From Camelus ferus (Eukaryota): a stretch of DNA of 64,000 nt. The notes under the pieces were generated by a model. That model saw nothing but the letters and a program-made list of their open reading frames with translations. It ran no database searches and was not told the origin of the DNA. The DNA lies in the NCBI RefSeq assembly GCF_009834535.1, contig NC_045696.1, forward strand, positions 60,328,001 to 60,392,000, in the 5' to 3' direction. Shown piece by piece: positions 24,690-37,500 of the stretch. Position 1 is the stretch's first letter; each line of letters starts with the position of its first letter. A program made the translations under genes and the position numbers.

Positions 24690-24960
24690 CCTCTTGGCCC
24701 AATAGCTCCTCCCCTTACCCCGGAGTCTTGTACAAATATTATAATTTTCTGGTTGTGCAGCGACATGAAAATGGTTGGGAGGCACTAGGTCAGGTATAAA
24801 AGAAACTTACAGAAGGGGAGGGATTGCTCGGTCCTGAAGAAACTGCTGATGTATTTTCTGATTCTCTACAAGGTGGATCATCCACACAAACAGGAAACCA
24901 CGATGTGCCCAAGCTCACCCGCTCTGGGCTTGGCATCTGATTGGTGGGGGCGGGGCACCA
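24690..24960 (-). promoter_or_regulatory. Candidate internal promoter / alternative first exon of SLC12A8
   Basis: GC box GGGGCGGGGC (24947-24956) directly beside minus-strand CCAATCA (24944-24938) and an NFI half-site TGCCAA (24935-24930). Minus-strand donor-like sites follow: TCT|GTAAGT (24811/24810) and GGG|GTAAGG (24719/24718). Sequence is not a recognisable repeat. Motif evidence only. Confidence 0.5.
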
Positions 24961-27379
24961 GGAGAAATGCTGGAAAGGCAGCTCCATTTCAGACTGCTCA
25001 GCAGAGGGGCAGTGACGGGGACATTAGGACACAGATTGTGGCTCCTCCAACACAGAGGGATGTCCCCGATAATAAGACTGCCTTACTTTAATCAAGCATC
25101 TCTCAATTTGAGTGTGATTTTTTTTCTTTTTTACACTTTGATTTCCTGAAAAGTGGCTGTCTTACATCAACATATAGACTTAATGGGATGCTTTTTTCCA
25201 CCTGAAAATTTGGTGTGTCGTCAAGTTGGTGGTCTCTGAGAATTGAGGGAATAAGGTTTACCACCTCATTTAATCTCGAAACAATCTGTGAGGCAGCTAT
25301 CATTATTCTCTATCTCTGGTCCAGGTGAGGAAATTGGCGCACAGACAAGGTCACAGAGTGAGGCAGTGACAGGGCCAGGACTGGAGGCCAGTCTCCCAGG
25401 CCTCCTCCCCGGGCACCCTGTGTGCACGGAGTGAGCACACCCGTCCACGCAGCAGGCACTGGCTTGTGGAGTAACTCCAAGGGGGCGGGGCTCTGAAAAG
25501 TGGCTTCCCCCTGAGCCAGCGCAGCACGAGAAAGCAAAAGGATTTTCCTTTTACTTCAGATAGAAATTTGAGAAAAAATAAAAATATATCTAGGCTTGGT
25601 TTGGTTGCTACCATTAGTCTGTTTTAGGCCACAGCTGTACTTCCTCCCTGGCTGTAGAAACTGGAGGACCTGCCCTACCTACCTGCTCATATAATGATCG
25701 CATCTGGCATGTTTAAGTTCCCAATGGTGTTCATTTGGATAGTAATTACAGAGTTACTGTTTGAATTTATTATTTTGTTTACTTTTGAACGTTTCTAATG
25801 ATATTCTGCAACTGGGATTAAAAGGTGTTATACCTTAAGAAATCTCACCCTTTGGTTTCTGCCAGTTTAAGAAGAGCAGGAAGAAGTTTAATAAAATAAA
25901 TTGCAATCCAAATAATAAAACCAAAAAGTTACTCTCTACAGTATTCGCTAAGTACTCATTTTCTGGAAAGCAGCTGGGGACAGAAAGAGACCCCCGCAAC
26001 ACACACACACAAACTCAAAGGGAAAAAGCCACTATTGACATGCACCATTATTTATAATCCTAAAAAACATCCTTCCAGGGAGGTACTTATTGCCATTTTA
26101 CAGATGAGAGAACTCAGAGGGTTTCAGTGACTTGCCTACAGCCACACAGCTAGTAGGAGCCCGTGTCTTGGTAGCACTAACCCTAAAGCACATCATTGTC
26201 ATTAACAACGATCCTCCCTCGTCATCGCCATGACGCAGGAGGACAGGGACCATATCCATTTTAGTCTCCACTGTATCCTGGAGCCTCACTCCTGGCACCC
26301 TGGGGGCTTCAGTAGCAGCTGGCTGTTACTGAATGGTGGATGGAAGGAAGACAGCAGGGGAGGCAGAAGGAGGTGTGTGTGCAGTGCGCTGGCCCTGCCA
26401 GCAGATGCTCCCCCCACCCCCCACTCCACTTTGGAGACTCCTGACCAGCGTCTTCTAGGACTGTGTCCCTCTGCCTTACTGGCGTCTGGCTGCTCTGATT
26501 CCTTTCCCAGTCAATCACTCAGCAACGTGTGACTGAGACCCAGCCACGTGCCAGGTCCTTTCTAAGATGCTGGGGGAAAGGCAGTAAGACGCGATTCCCA
26601 ACCCGGAGGCTCCTACAGCTTAAAACGATGACCTCCGCATTTCCTGTCAGCTCTGGGCATCCCCAGAATCCAACACAGAGAGGGCTTTCCGCAGCTGCCT
26701 GCCAAACTCTCTCACCTTCCACCAGCTCTCATGCTGTCTCTGAAGCTTTCGCTTGTCGTTCTCAGAGACTCCAAAGGACGGCCCACGGTGAAACCCTCCT
26801 CCCTCCCTTTAGCACGTGCTGGTGCTTTCCCACTGGGGACACGTTTTGCAGGCCGGGAGGCACGAGGGAAGCACGAGGAGGCAGGCAGGCGGTGTCATAC
26901 GGAGTTCTGCCCGGAGCTGTGAGCCGGATATAACTGGAGCACCAACCATGGGAGCGAGAAGCCTCTTTGTCTGACAGGTGAGGAAACAGGTAAAAGCCCT
27001 CCTACCCCAATCCCCCGACGGAGCGTGCTGCTCTCGGCCGGCGTCCTTCCATGGCGCCCGCCCTGCGCACTAGCAGATGAGGGGTTAGGTCGGGAAGGGA
27101 CCACAGCCCACTGACCTCTAACAAATGATGAATCCAAAACCAAGTTTGGTTTGAGGTGACTGAGACCGCAGATGGCAGGGTCCGGGCCCAGAGTCCCACA
27201 GACAGTGGTTGAGAGGCCCCTGGCTTCATGTCTCCCAAAGCAGAACGCTAACTCTAGTCGCCCTTCCACTTTCCTATTTAGCAGCTGGTCCAAATGCACG
27301 TTAAATGTCGTGCCGTAAGTGTCCTGCTTGTTTCCTTGCTCAGTCAGTAGAGTGGCCAGGAGCAGCGTGAGCTTGCTGG

Positions 27380-27590
27380 TTACGAAGGACATGGACCCTG
27401 AGGTCAGATGCCATGTGCAAATCCTGGCTCTGCAGCTTACTAGCTGTGTGACCTTGGGCAAGATAACCTCTCTGAACCTTATTTTCCTCATCTTCATGGA
27501 CCCCATGGCTATGTAAGGATAAAGGGGGGTGTAAGATGCTCAGTACAGTGCTGGCACCCAGAGGGTGCTCTGTAAACATTAGCTGTTATC
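27380..27590 (+). mobile_element. MIR SINE
   Basis: CAAATCCTGGCTCTGCAGCTTACTAGCTGTGTGACCTTGGGCAAGATAACCTCTCTGAACCT. Confidence 0.8.
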
Positions 27591-29246
27591 ACCTTCCTAG
27601 GTCACTCGCCGTCTTCAGATCTTAAATTCAGGAAATCTGTAGCAATGTGAATTGATCCACAACTTACTCTCTTCTTCAGAAATTATTTCACTTTTTTTCC
27701 CTCTATTTATAAGCAGAAATATAGTTAGTGTTCCAAAAAACATTTATTGTGCCTGGGCCATTTGATGAAGAATGTCTGACAAGAGCATGACAAGATTTCT
27801 GTAAGGCACCACCTGATGTAGACATAAAAATCTGATGGCCTTTAGACCTAAGTGGGGAAGTATTAAGAGCTGCGTAACAGTTTATGAACCACTTTTCTTA
27901 ATCATTAGGCTTAGTCTTGCAAGGAAAGAAAACCCTTCATAACTCGATAGTCCTAATTTTTCAGGAAAGTGACACAAATCCTTGGAGAAGCAGGGGAAGT
28001 TTTCCCCTTCACATCTCTAGACCCTGAGTTCAGGGTGAAAGGGACTGTTGTTTGGGCCACAGACTGGGAGGCAGACACTATTTTCACATGCAAATGCCGG
28101 CCACGCAGAGTGATAATCCAGAGACCCCAGCCTGGCTGTCTAGTCACGCTCTCGTGGTGCATGTGGGTGAGCTAATTAGGGAGCCTGCTGTCCAACGAGA
28201 GAGGATGCATGTGAAAAAGACTGAAAACACAAAGCATACTAGACACCATGCAAATGAACTGAGTTCAGAGTGAGCAGGCTTTAGTCACTGGATCATGGCT
28301 GGGGCTGGCCAAGGTTTACGGGAAGGAGTGCAATGTTTGGGTTCGTGTGCCGGCGCTGAGCTGGGTGCTTTGTACAGAGTATTCCAGGCGGCCAGGTCCG
28401 CAGTGCATGTGACCCTGTGCACGGGTTTATGTGTGTGTCCATTCACACAGCCGGTGGTGTGGGATAAGACAAATATTTACAGCACAATCTCTGTTTATTA
28501 TTTTGGATCAGAAACTAACAAGAGAAAAATCAGTCAAGGGTCTCATTGGTTTAAAAAAATGTTGTTTGCTTGCCTTTAAGGAGTGTGTGCATGTTTTGTG
28601 GTGACATGTGGGTAGAGAGGGAGGTGGGGTGGGGAGGGAGGGGTTGGAAAAAAGAAAGAAGTTTTTAGAACCAAGTTAAGAGGATGAGATCACAAAATCG
28701 TTTCCCAAATTGCATCTGATCCTCGTCTCTACCCTACCTCTACCGCGTCTGTCCAGGCTGGGTTTCCTCCTGCCCGGGCCACAGCCGCCACTGACGGGCC
28801 CCCCTGCCTTCCCTCCCTCTCCGCAAGTGCCCGCACTCAGCCCAGGCATGGCTTCCCACCTGATCTGCAGCTTCCTCACTGAAGAGAAAAGCCTACTGAC
28901 CTTGCTCAGCTTTTACGTTTTCTGCATCTTTAAAACTCATGTGGAGTTTTAAGTTAGTCCTGGTTATTCTGTTTATTTGTTTGCTTTTCTAACTAGAAAA
29001 ACTAAGAAAAATTCTCAAGATAGGACATGTCATGAAGCCCATGTTTATGTTACATTCCATCTGGGACTTCTGAATGTTGCTACATTTATTTTAATTTAAA
29101 AAATACTATATATTGTGTGAGCTCAATTATGTAAAAAAAAGAAGGGATAGAAAAAAGACTATAAAGAAATAGACTTTATATTTCATATTTTAAAATTAAA
29201 TGTGTTATTCTCAATAAAATAGAATTGTAATTTGGTATACACCGTC

Positions 29247-29660
29247 TGCTACAGACTGAATGTTTGTATCCCCACCCCATCCTTTGAATTCATATGTTGA
29301 ATCCCCAAACCCCTAATGTGGTTATACTTGGAGATGGGGCCTCCAAGGAGGTCAATAAGGTTAAGTGAGGTTATGAGTGGGGCCCTGATCAGATGGAATT
29401 AGTGCCTTAGCAGAAGACACCAGGGAACTAGTGTGCACACACTCGTTCTCTCCCTCTTTCTCTCCCTACCCACCCACACATGTACAGGTACGCATGTACA
29501 ACACACACACACACACTGAGGAAAGGCTATGTGGGGACATAGAGAGAAGCTGGCCGTGTGCAAGCCAGAGTCCCTCATCAGGAGCCAAATCAGTTGGAAT
29601 CTTCATCTTGGATTTCTAGCCTTTAGAACCATCAGAAAATTAATTACTGTTGTTTAAAAA
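29247..29660 (+). mobile_element. MaLR LTR (MLT1A-like), 3' end not recognisable
   Basis: Begins TGCTACAGACTGAATGTTTGTATCCCC...AATTCATATGTTGAA. Homologous to 41853-42209. Confidence 0.85.
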
Positions 29661-30199
29661 ACAGTTCAAACTGGAGAGCTCCTCCTGGCCCATGGGATAA
29701 CCCTGGCCTCTCTGTACTGGACAATCAAGGAAACCCTTAATGCCTCCACGCTTACATCTTTCGAGGATGTGGGCCATGAGCATTGATGTCTGCCCCAAGA
29801 TCTCCGAATACTCCATGACTCTCATTTCCTGGACATAATCTCTGAAACAGAAATGGGAGCCTGAGCCAAAGGTGACCACGCAGAGGCTGGTCCTGAGGGG
29901 TCCACTGTCCGAGAGATTTCCCCTGAGACCCCACCCAACCAGGCGACCCTCTCAGCAAGAATGGAGCGGGAGACCCTCAGAGGAGGCAGAAGGAGACAGA
30001 GCTGTCAACTCTGGCTGTCCTCTCAACAGAGACAAGCTAATGTTCCATCTGTCACCAAGGCCCGTGGCACAAGCTGACCTTGGAAGCCCTGGGATCCACA
30101 GGGGCAACTCCACGCCTGAGCGCTTCCTGAGCTTCCCTCTGCCTCCTCATGTTCCACCGCCCCCACCTCAGGACATGACTCATCCTTGACCCTGAGCCT

Positions 30200-30640
30200 T
30201 ACTTCCTTCTTGCCCTCACTTCCCCACCCTGCCCCAGCACCCAAGCTCCAGCACACCTAACTTCCTGTACTTTCTGAAATTTTCCATGCACTTCTCACCT
30301 CTGTGTCTCCACTTGCACTGTTCCCTTTCCTTGGGCTCAGTATCCCCAGTTTATCACCAGGCGAACTCTTGCATAACCTCCAAGATCTACTCAAATATCG
30401 CCTTCTACGTGAACTCTATGACACCCCGATATACTGGTCCTTCCACTGTTCTCCACCAGTAACTCATACATTTTCCTTTATAACACTTAGTCAGCATATG
30501 GCAATTATCCGGTTAGGGGAGAGACGATGCCTCATTCTTGTGTGTATCTTAAACCTCCAGCATCGGGTCTGCACACAGTGGCACTCAGGAAGTTTTGGGA
30601 TTAATTGATTAGAGTGGGAGAGAGAGAGAAATAAAGGTGG
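30200..30640 (+). mobile_element. L2 LINE 3' fragment
   Basis: CTCCAGCACACCTAACTTC...CTTGCACTGTTCCCTTTCC...CTCCAAGATCTACTCAAATATCGCCTTCT...GCACACAGTGGCACTCA. Confidence 0.6.
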
Positions 30641-31457
30641 GGTGGGGACAATGAGAAACAGAGACAATGAGGGAAAGGAAGGACAAGGTGGCAGCAATGA
30701 AGGAGTCACAGAACGAATGTTAACAAGACAAAACTTTAAAACGCACAGTGAAAAATCTTTTCAGGGATAAGTGCATCTTCCCATTTCAACCTAAGGTTTC
30801 ATTTCTAAGTAAACTGCTTCTCTGCTTGTTTTCAATCCTCGAGAGCCCTGATGCCCATAAGAGGATCCACTTTAGACAACTTAAGCTTTTTCTTAGATAC
30901 TATTCCCACATATTTCAAGCATGGAGTCACAGTTTTCCCTAGAGTGATACCTAAAACTTGTTTCTCTAAAGCCTGTGATCTCTCAAACGTGGGGGAAGAA
31001 AGCTCTCACAGTCACTTGGGAGGGTGTCTGCAGTGTTAAGTCACAGCATCTGACTGCTGTGATAAAGTAGCAGCCCAGAAGGTCACACCTGCCCGAGAGA
31101 AGGAGTATTCGCCAGTATTTACTGTGACACCAGGGCACAAATCACACTGCAGCAATCCACCAAGAGAAAATACCTTCTTCATATCTCTCCTACAGTATCA
31201 TCCCAAGCAACTTCCCAAAAAACTCAGAAACCTTTTGTTTAAAAACCGTCATTCAGGTTTTCACAAGTGGGTCCTTGAATCTCAGGTATAATCCACACAG
31301 TGATTACAGTCTTGACTACAGGACTTTACAGTTCACCAGAGCAAGAGGAACAATGACCTCTCACAAAAAGATATACTAATATTCTTTCATACATGAAAAA
31401 AAAATGCTAATTTTTAGAAGGGGAAAAAGTAAATAAAATTCTCTAATTAAAAAATTT

Positions 31458-31649
31458 GGGGGAGGTGGAAAGGGGTGAGTGGGGAGTTTGAAATCTGCAC
31501 CTCTTGGGGAGGGATGGAAATGTTAGGTATCTTGTTTGTGGTGGTGGTTTGATAGATGTATACATCTATCAAAGCTGATCAAATTGTACATCTGAAATAC
31601 GTGTAGTTCACTGTACAGAAATTATACCACAATAAAGTTGTTTGAAAAA
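31458..31649 (+). mobile_element. L1 3'-end fragment, same tail type as 49965-51254
   Basis: Collinear with ~51055-51240: GGAGTTTGAAATCTGCACCTCT...GATGGAAATGTTAG...CAAATTGTACATCTGAAATA...CCACAATAAAG. Confidence 0.85.
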
Positions 31650-31689
31650 CATGTTTTTTAAACATGGTCAGTAGGTCATTTTAAAATAT

Positions 31690-33420
31690 TAACACCAGAC
31701 CTCTGGGATAAGGAGGCAGACTGAATACATGTACCTAATTTTGTTCTCTCCCCAAGTCTCATAAACAGTTAAGAGGTTTTTTTTTTGTTTGTTTTGTTTT
31801 TTTTTTTAAGGATCAAATCCGTAAGAATGAAGAAAACAGCAACAAATTTTTGGAAGCTAAAAGTAGTAAGTAGATGGTCCGGTGGTCCTAGGATCAGACC
31901 TGAGAAAACAGGAAAGTCAAGTCTGCAGAGGGGAAAGCAGAGAACCAATCTGATTGACCCCACACAATTCTCAAAGGTCTCAGGATGGGCAGGCAGTACA
32001 GGTGTCTGGACAAGGGAGTGAGAGGTAGTGGGTTGAAACAAGGAAGACCAAGGTGGGAACTCTGAGAAGTCACTTGTGATACTGGGTACCTGATGCCCCC
32101 CAGCCAGCAGAAGTCTGGAGGTTTATTCTCTGGAGACGATAAGTCAAGAGCTTTGATGGGGAGAGGGGATGCGCCAGGCCCAGCTGAGGGAAACTGAGTC
32201 TATATTTACTGAATACTGAAAGCAGAGACCTCCCATCCTTTCCTCCAACTCAGCTCCCAAAACAAGGGCAGCCGGAATCATCCTCCAGCCAGACGGGAAG
32301 AGTCTTCTCTGGAGAAGGTGAAACAATTCCAGGAGCACAGGAAGGTATGAACTGAGGAGAGGGCCCCCAACAACTAGTCCACCCAAACTATCTCATGCAG
32401 CTCAAAACTGACATGACTCAACTTTGTGCTTCCAGTTAGCTTTATATCCCCAACTTTTCATCGTGAGCAGAAAGCCAAGAATTACCAGATATCTGAGAAA
32501 TTTCTCTAACACAAAAGATAAAACCTAAACAAAGAGGAAAAGGGAGCTTTGGGGAAGCAGAAACTATGCAGAGGTTTTAAAATATTTAATATATCAATAA
32601 GTCTTTTGAGTGCTAAGAGAAAGTACTGCATCCATGAAACGATAACAAAAAAGATTTTATTAAAACAATAAAAAGTAACATTCAGAAAACTAAAAAAAAG
32701 TCTTGATTAGTAAAAATATGGTAGCAAAATGAGGAAGTTGATAGTGTGGAGGATCAAGCTGAGGGACCCTCTCAAAAACTGAAGATAAAAATAGGTGAGA
32801 AAAATAAGAAAATCCAATATCCAAATATAGTAGAAGTACCAGAAAGAGAGAACAGAAAGTGGAGAAAATAAACCATCATTGAAATGATTTAAGAAGATTT
32901 CCTAGAACTACAAGAAACAAGTTATCAGAAAGGATCTACCATGTGCCCAGCATAATATAACTAGAACCTCATGACAGCATATCATTTTGAAATTTCAGAA
33001 AACTAGGGACAAGAACTTTCTACTAATCTACAGTTACATGTAAAGGATTATGAACCAGAATGACTTTGGAGTACTCAGCAGCAACACTAGAAGCAAAGAG
33101 ATACGCAATCAGGAATCTTAGAGAAAATGATTTCCAACCTAGAATTTGATACCTGGCCAAACCAGCAGTCGAGTATGAGCATAGGGAAAAGAATTTTCCA
33201 GCATAGAGCATCTCAAACGATACGTCTCCCGTGTGCTCATTCACAAGAAGTTACTAGATGACTTCCATCGAAATGAGAGAGCAGCCCAGGATGACATGGG
33301 GTTCAGAAACAGGAGATCCAACAGAGAAGAGAGATACAGGAGGATGAATGGAGACCCTGGGATGACAGCTATGCACAGGAGTAGACACCGACCGCCCAGA
33401 CTGGAGCAAGGAGACTAAGG
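31690..33420 (+). mobile_element. Ancient L1M 5'/ORF1-region remnant
   Basis: A-rich decayed ORF1-type sequence (AGAATGACTTTGGAGTACTCAGCAGCAACACTAGAAGC...GAAAATGATTTCCAACCTAGAATT). Boundaries approximate. Confidence 0.6.
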
Positions 33421-34254
33421 ACATGATGAGGGCCATTATCGCCAAGCTCCTAATTTTTAACCTGAGGTCAGAACACTGGAGTGAACCTGTCTCAGAGTCT
33501 TGGCTGCGCTTGGCTCATCTCGACCATGAACTTGACCATGAAGTTGCTGCTCTCCCCTCCTGAGACTACTGCTTCACCCCACAGAAGTGCTCTGTTTCAA
33601 CCTACTCCTGAGGACTAGAGGTAGGCAATGATGAATTCAGATGTAGAAATAGAGAACAGCTCATCTCCCCAAAGCATCCCTCCAAATATTTAGTACCTGA
33701 AACACATTACAACCTTGATAAAGGCAGGCACCTGAAGTCAGTGATTACTTCCAGTGGGGAAGGACAGGGACACAGTTGGGGAGGAACGACAGGGAGCTCC
33801 TATGGGACTAGCAATCTTCTGATTCTTACCCTGGGGACTAGATGACATTTTGCTATTCTTTAACCAGTACGTGTGTTTTATACACTTTTCTGTATGCAAG
33901 ATATGTTTTACAATAAAATAATTTAAGAAATTAATGCAAATGTTGAAAGCATTAATGTTTTCCTTGCTGTTTAGGGGAGCTCCCCCCACCATGTTCTTTC
34001 TCTGCAAAGCCCTGCACTTCATTTCACAGAGAAAAACATAACTGTCCACTTGTATGGAGTAATAACTCCATTTTTGAGATTTGGGCACACTTTCTATAAA
34101 GACTTTGAGAATCTCCTTTGCATGTTCACAATTTCAGGCATAAATTACATCACCTCTTAAAAACTGATGTGAAGATCATATTAAATTAAGGACTATACGC
34201 TCCCCGTCTCTGGCTTAAGGCCCAAGTCTAGGGTCACTAGACTCTCAAGAAGCA

Positions 34255-34505
34255 TGAAATGTAGTGACTAAGAGTTTGGGCTCTGGAGTAGACTGTCTGG
34301 GTTTGATTGTCAACTCTACCAGTGATGCAACCTTAGGCAAGGCACTTACCACTCACAACCTCAGTTTCCTCACTTGTAAAATGGGAGTAATCATCCCACC
34401 TATGTCTCGTTGTAAGAAGTAAATGAATGAACACACGTAAAAGCACAGGAAACAATGCCTGACATATATCAAGTGCTCAATAAAGACTAGTTATTATTAT
34501 TACCA
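34255..34505 (+). mobile_element. MIR SINE (near full length)
   Basis: TAGTGACTAAGAG...CTCTGGAG...CCTCAGTTTCCTCACTTGTAAAATGGG...AAGTGCTCAATAAA...TTATTATTAT. Confidence 0.82.
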
Positions 34506-37500
34506 TCATATAAATAAGCACTTGTCTTATTTTGTGTGGCAACCATCTCCCTACAGAAGAAGTTATTTCCATCAAAAGGTCCACGAGTGCTGGGCCTTGC
34601 TGCGGGCAGCCCTTCTGCTCATGGTCTCCTGGTGTTCACAGCCGTCGCCATCTTTTAATCTGCCATTACTACAGATGTAAGTTTGGATGAAGCAGGTGGT
34701 GTTTATAGCAACTTGTCTAAGCATTCTCACACTCAGGATTGACACACGGTTCCCTAAAAGTGGCAGACTTAACTTGCAGGCGGGCTGTCAAACAGCATAC
34801 CTGCCTCCTTTACCAACCGGCATCATTAAGGGGCCTCCTCTCAGGGGAGCCAGCACACAGGTGTAAGCAACGACTCACTGCAAACACACGGGCCCCAGGG
34901 CCCCAGTGAGGTCCTGGGCAAACAGCACTGGATTGTAAGTTGGGAGAACTGGATTCCAACTGTGACTCTGTGTGACCCAGCCAAAGCCACTCAACCTCTC
35001 TGTGCCTGTTTCCTCCCCCACAGAATCAGGCACATCACCCAGATTCAACACTCTCAAGCTCTGGAACTCTCAGTGCATGTTGGTTTACCCTTAAATACCA
35101 TAAATGAGTGCAAGGGGGAAGGGAGGTCAGTCACAGGGCAGTGAGTCTTCTGAAAACACAGCCCATCATCCAAAACTGACTTCAGAGCTGGTGCTGACCT
35201 GCTTGGGCTTCCATCCCCATGTCTAGGCAGGGCCTGTAACAATGTTATCACTTTTTAAAACATATGCCTAAATCAGTTCCTATTGCAGACAACTGGCAGG
35301 TGCCCAGCTAATAGATTATTCCGCCAGACAGTTGAATGCATTGGCCATTGGTCAAAAATGAGGTCACTGCAATCCTATGCGCTATAGCTGGAAAAGCCTG
35401 AAGAGAAACAATTGTCTATTTTGTAACAAATAGGAATCCATATTCTGGTACCTCTAAACTTGCCTTCTTGCTTGGTGTGTGGTTCAGGAGCGAAGGCAGA
35501 CTATGTTCAAGGTCAGGTTGGCTTTGCCCTTTGACTCATCTGTCATGCATTTGACTGCCCATGTGTGTTTCCCATCAGCAAATCCCCAACCAGATTCCAG
35601 CTGACCTGCTGGAATTTCTGGCCAACATTGCCAGATCCCTGGTCTTTCTCTCAAACCTACACAGTTGGAAAAAATGGGTCAGGAGACTCCTGTCCCAGCC
35701 ATCTGGACACACATGCTCAAGGGATATGCATAATATGAAGCACATGTGCTTTTCTAAAAAATAAAAATGAAAAAGGCTCTAAGGGACACAGCGGCTGCAG
35801 CGTCCCTCCAGCACACAGGCACTCCGAGTCACAGCTAGCCCTGCCAACCCGCGGCAGGCCGGACCTGCACTTTGGTTTCACCAGTAACTCATCTACACAT
35901 TTGTCAAGTATTTAATGCCTTGCTAAGTAAGCATCTCCACTCACTGCAAACAAACAAACAAACAAATCCAGGAGGAAAACTTTCAAAGCCACAGTTTCTT
36001 CTCGGCTGCAACCCTTCCTTCCTTCCTCCTTCCCAAGACAGTCTGACTGAACTTGGACCTGAACCCACCCTGGGCCGGGTGCTCCATCAGGCATTGTGGT
36101 TGCTCCCGCCAGCTGCAGCCGGTGCAGACAGAATACCTGCGAACCGCTGCCAAAACAGGAAGGTTGGCGCCTCTCTGAAGGCAGGCCTGGGGAGTATCCG
36201 TCTCCAGGGTGACTGCAGATAAGAGATGAAGGGGGCCGGGCTCTCCACAACTTCAGTTACGGTCCGCCGCCTTCTCCTCATCCAGTCAACCCATCTGATT
36301 CTTTCTTCCTTCATTCACTCAACACACATACTGAGCACCGCAGGTATGAAGCCCTGCGCTGGGGTTTGGACACAAAGTGGATTGAGATGAACCTCTGTCT
36401 CCAGGGGCCCTCGTGTTGTGACAGCCACTCTGGGTGACCCTGGCACGTTGCACTCCTCTGGGACCCCCAGAAATGCCACCTCTGCAATCCCAGCACAGAT
36501 CCCACCAGCAGAGTCCCTGAGACAAGGTCCTGACAAACAAAACCTCAGGAGGGTCTGAGCAGGGGAATGGGCTATAGATCATCCAGCCCAGCCCCATCTC
36601 CCGAGTTTCACCCCTCCCTCAGCACAAGCTAGGGCCTCCTGATGCAAGTCCACTCTCTGGCCCCAAGAACATGCCTTGTCACAGCCAACTGACAGGTTGG
36701 CTGTGGTAACTGGCATATATGTTAGGCTCCAATCTAGTGAATAAGACTAGGAGTCTTTTCAAGACTAAATCATCAATGCTGCCCAGTTTTGGATCCTCCA
36801 AAAGCCTGCCATTACCAGTCTGCAATGGAAAGTGTCTTTGACTAGAGGGTAACTAACTTCTATCCATAATAGCAAAATCTGTGTTTTACAGAGAGGGATT
36901 AGGCCAGTAATAAGGACTTCAGGCTGGGCCAGAATATACCAACTAATTCCAAGGATCTAGCAATGAACAGAGGCAGAGGGAAAGAGGGAAGGGGATCAGA
37001 GGAGAAAATGAGAAAGAGGGATGGGGAGAAAGAAAAAGAACATAGGAGGGGAAATCTAAAGAGGCTTAAAATGCTTCTCATTGCTTCCCATCCCTTTTAT
37101 GGCCACAAATTCCAGTAGACAGTCTGCTGCCCCCACCAGGGGCCCTGAAGTCCTCATTCATTTCTGAATTAACACAACTTCCCAAGGAATCACATAGGAA
37201 AGTGGCAGAAATTCCCACCCATGCTAACTAAGGTCAGGCTGTCTGAGGCTGACAGTGAGGAGGGCTGAGCATTCTGGTGCCCAGAGAGGCCTCACCTTGT
37301 GCTTTCCAGGAGGAGGGGCGGTGTCTGAGGACCAGAGGTGAGCATCCAGCTATGCAGGGATCAGCCCCAGCCCTGACTGACACCAGGGCTGCCTTGCATT
37401 CAGTCCTGGTCAGCTGAGCTCCTCTACTGTCACTGCCCCTGGTGGCATTTGGGAACCATGTTTTAGCCACTGCAGTACCTGCTTCTGGCTCCTGGCCTTG

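Noticed and set aside
26895..27506. 203-aa minus-strand ORF
   Set aside because: N-terminal part is a translated MIR (MRKIRFREVILPKVTQLVS).
37130..37450. CTCF-like motifs CCACCAGGGGC (both strands)
   Set aside because: One G short of the CCASYAGRKGGC core spacing. Not supportable without a PWM scan or ChIP.
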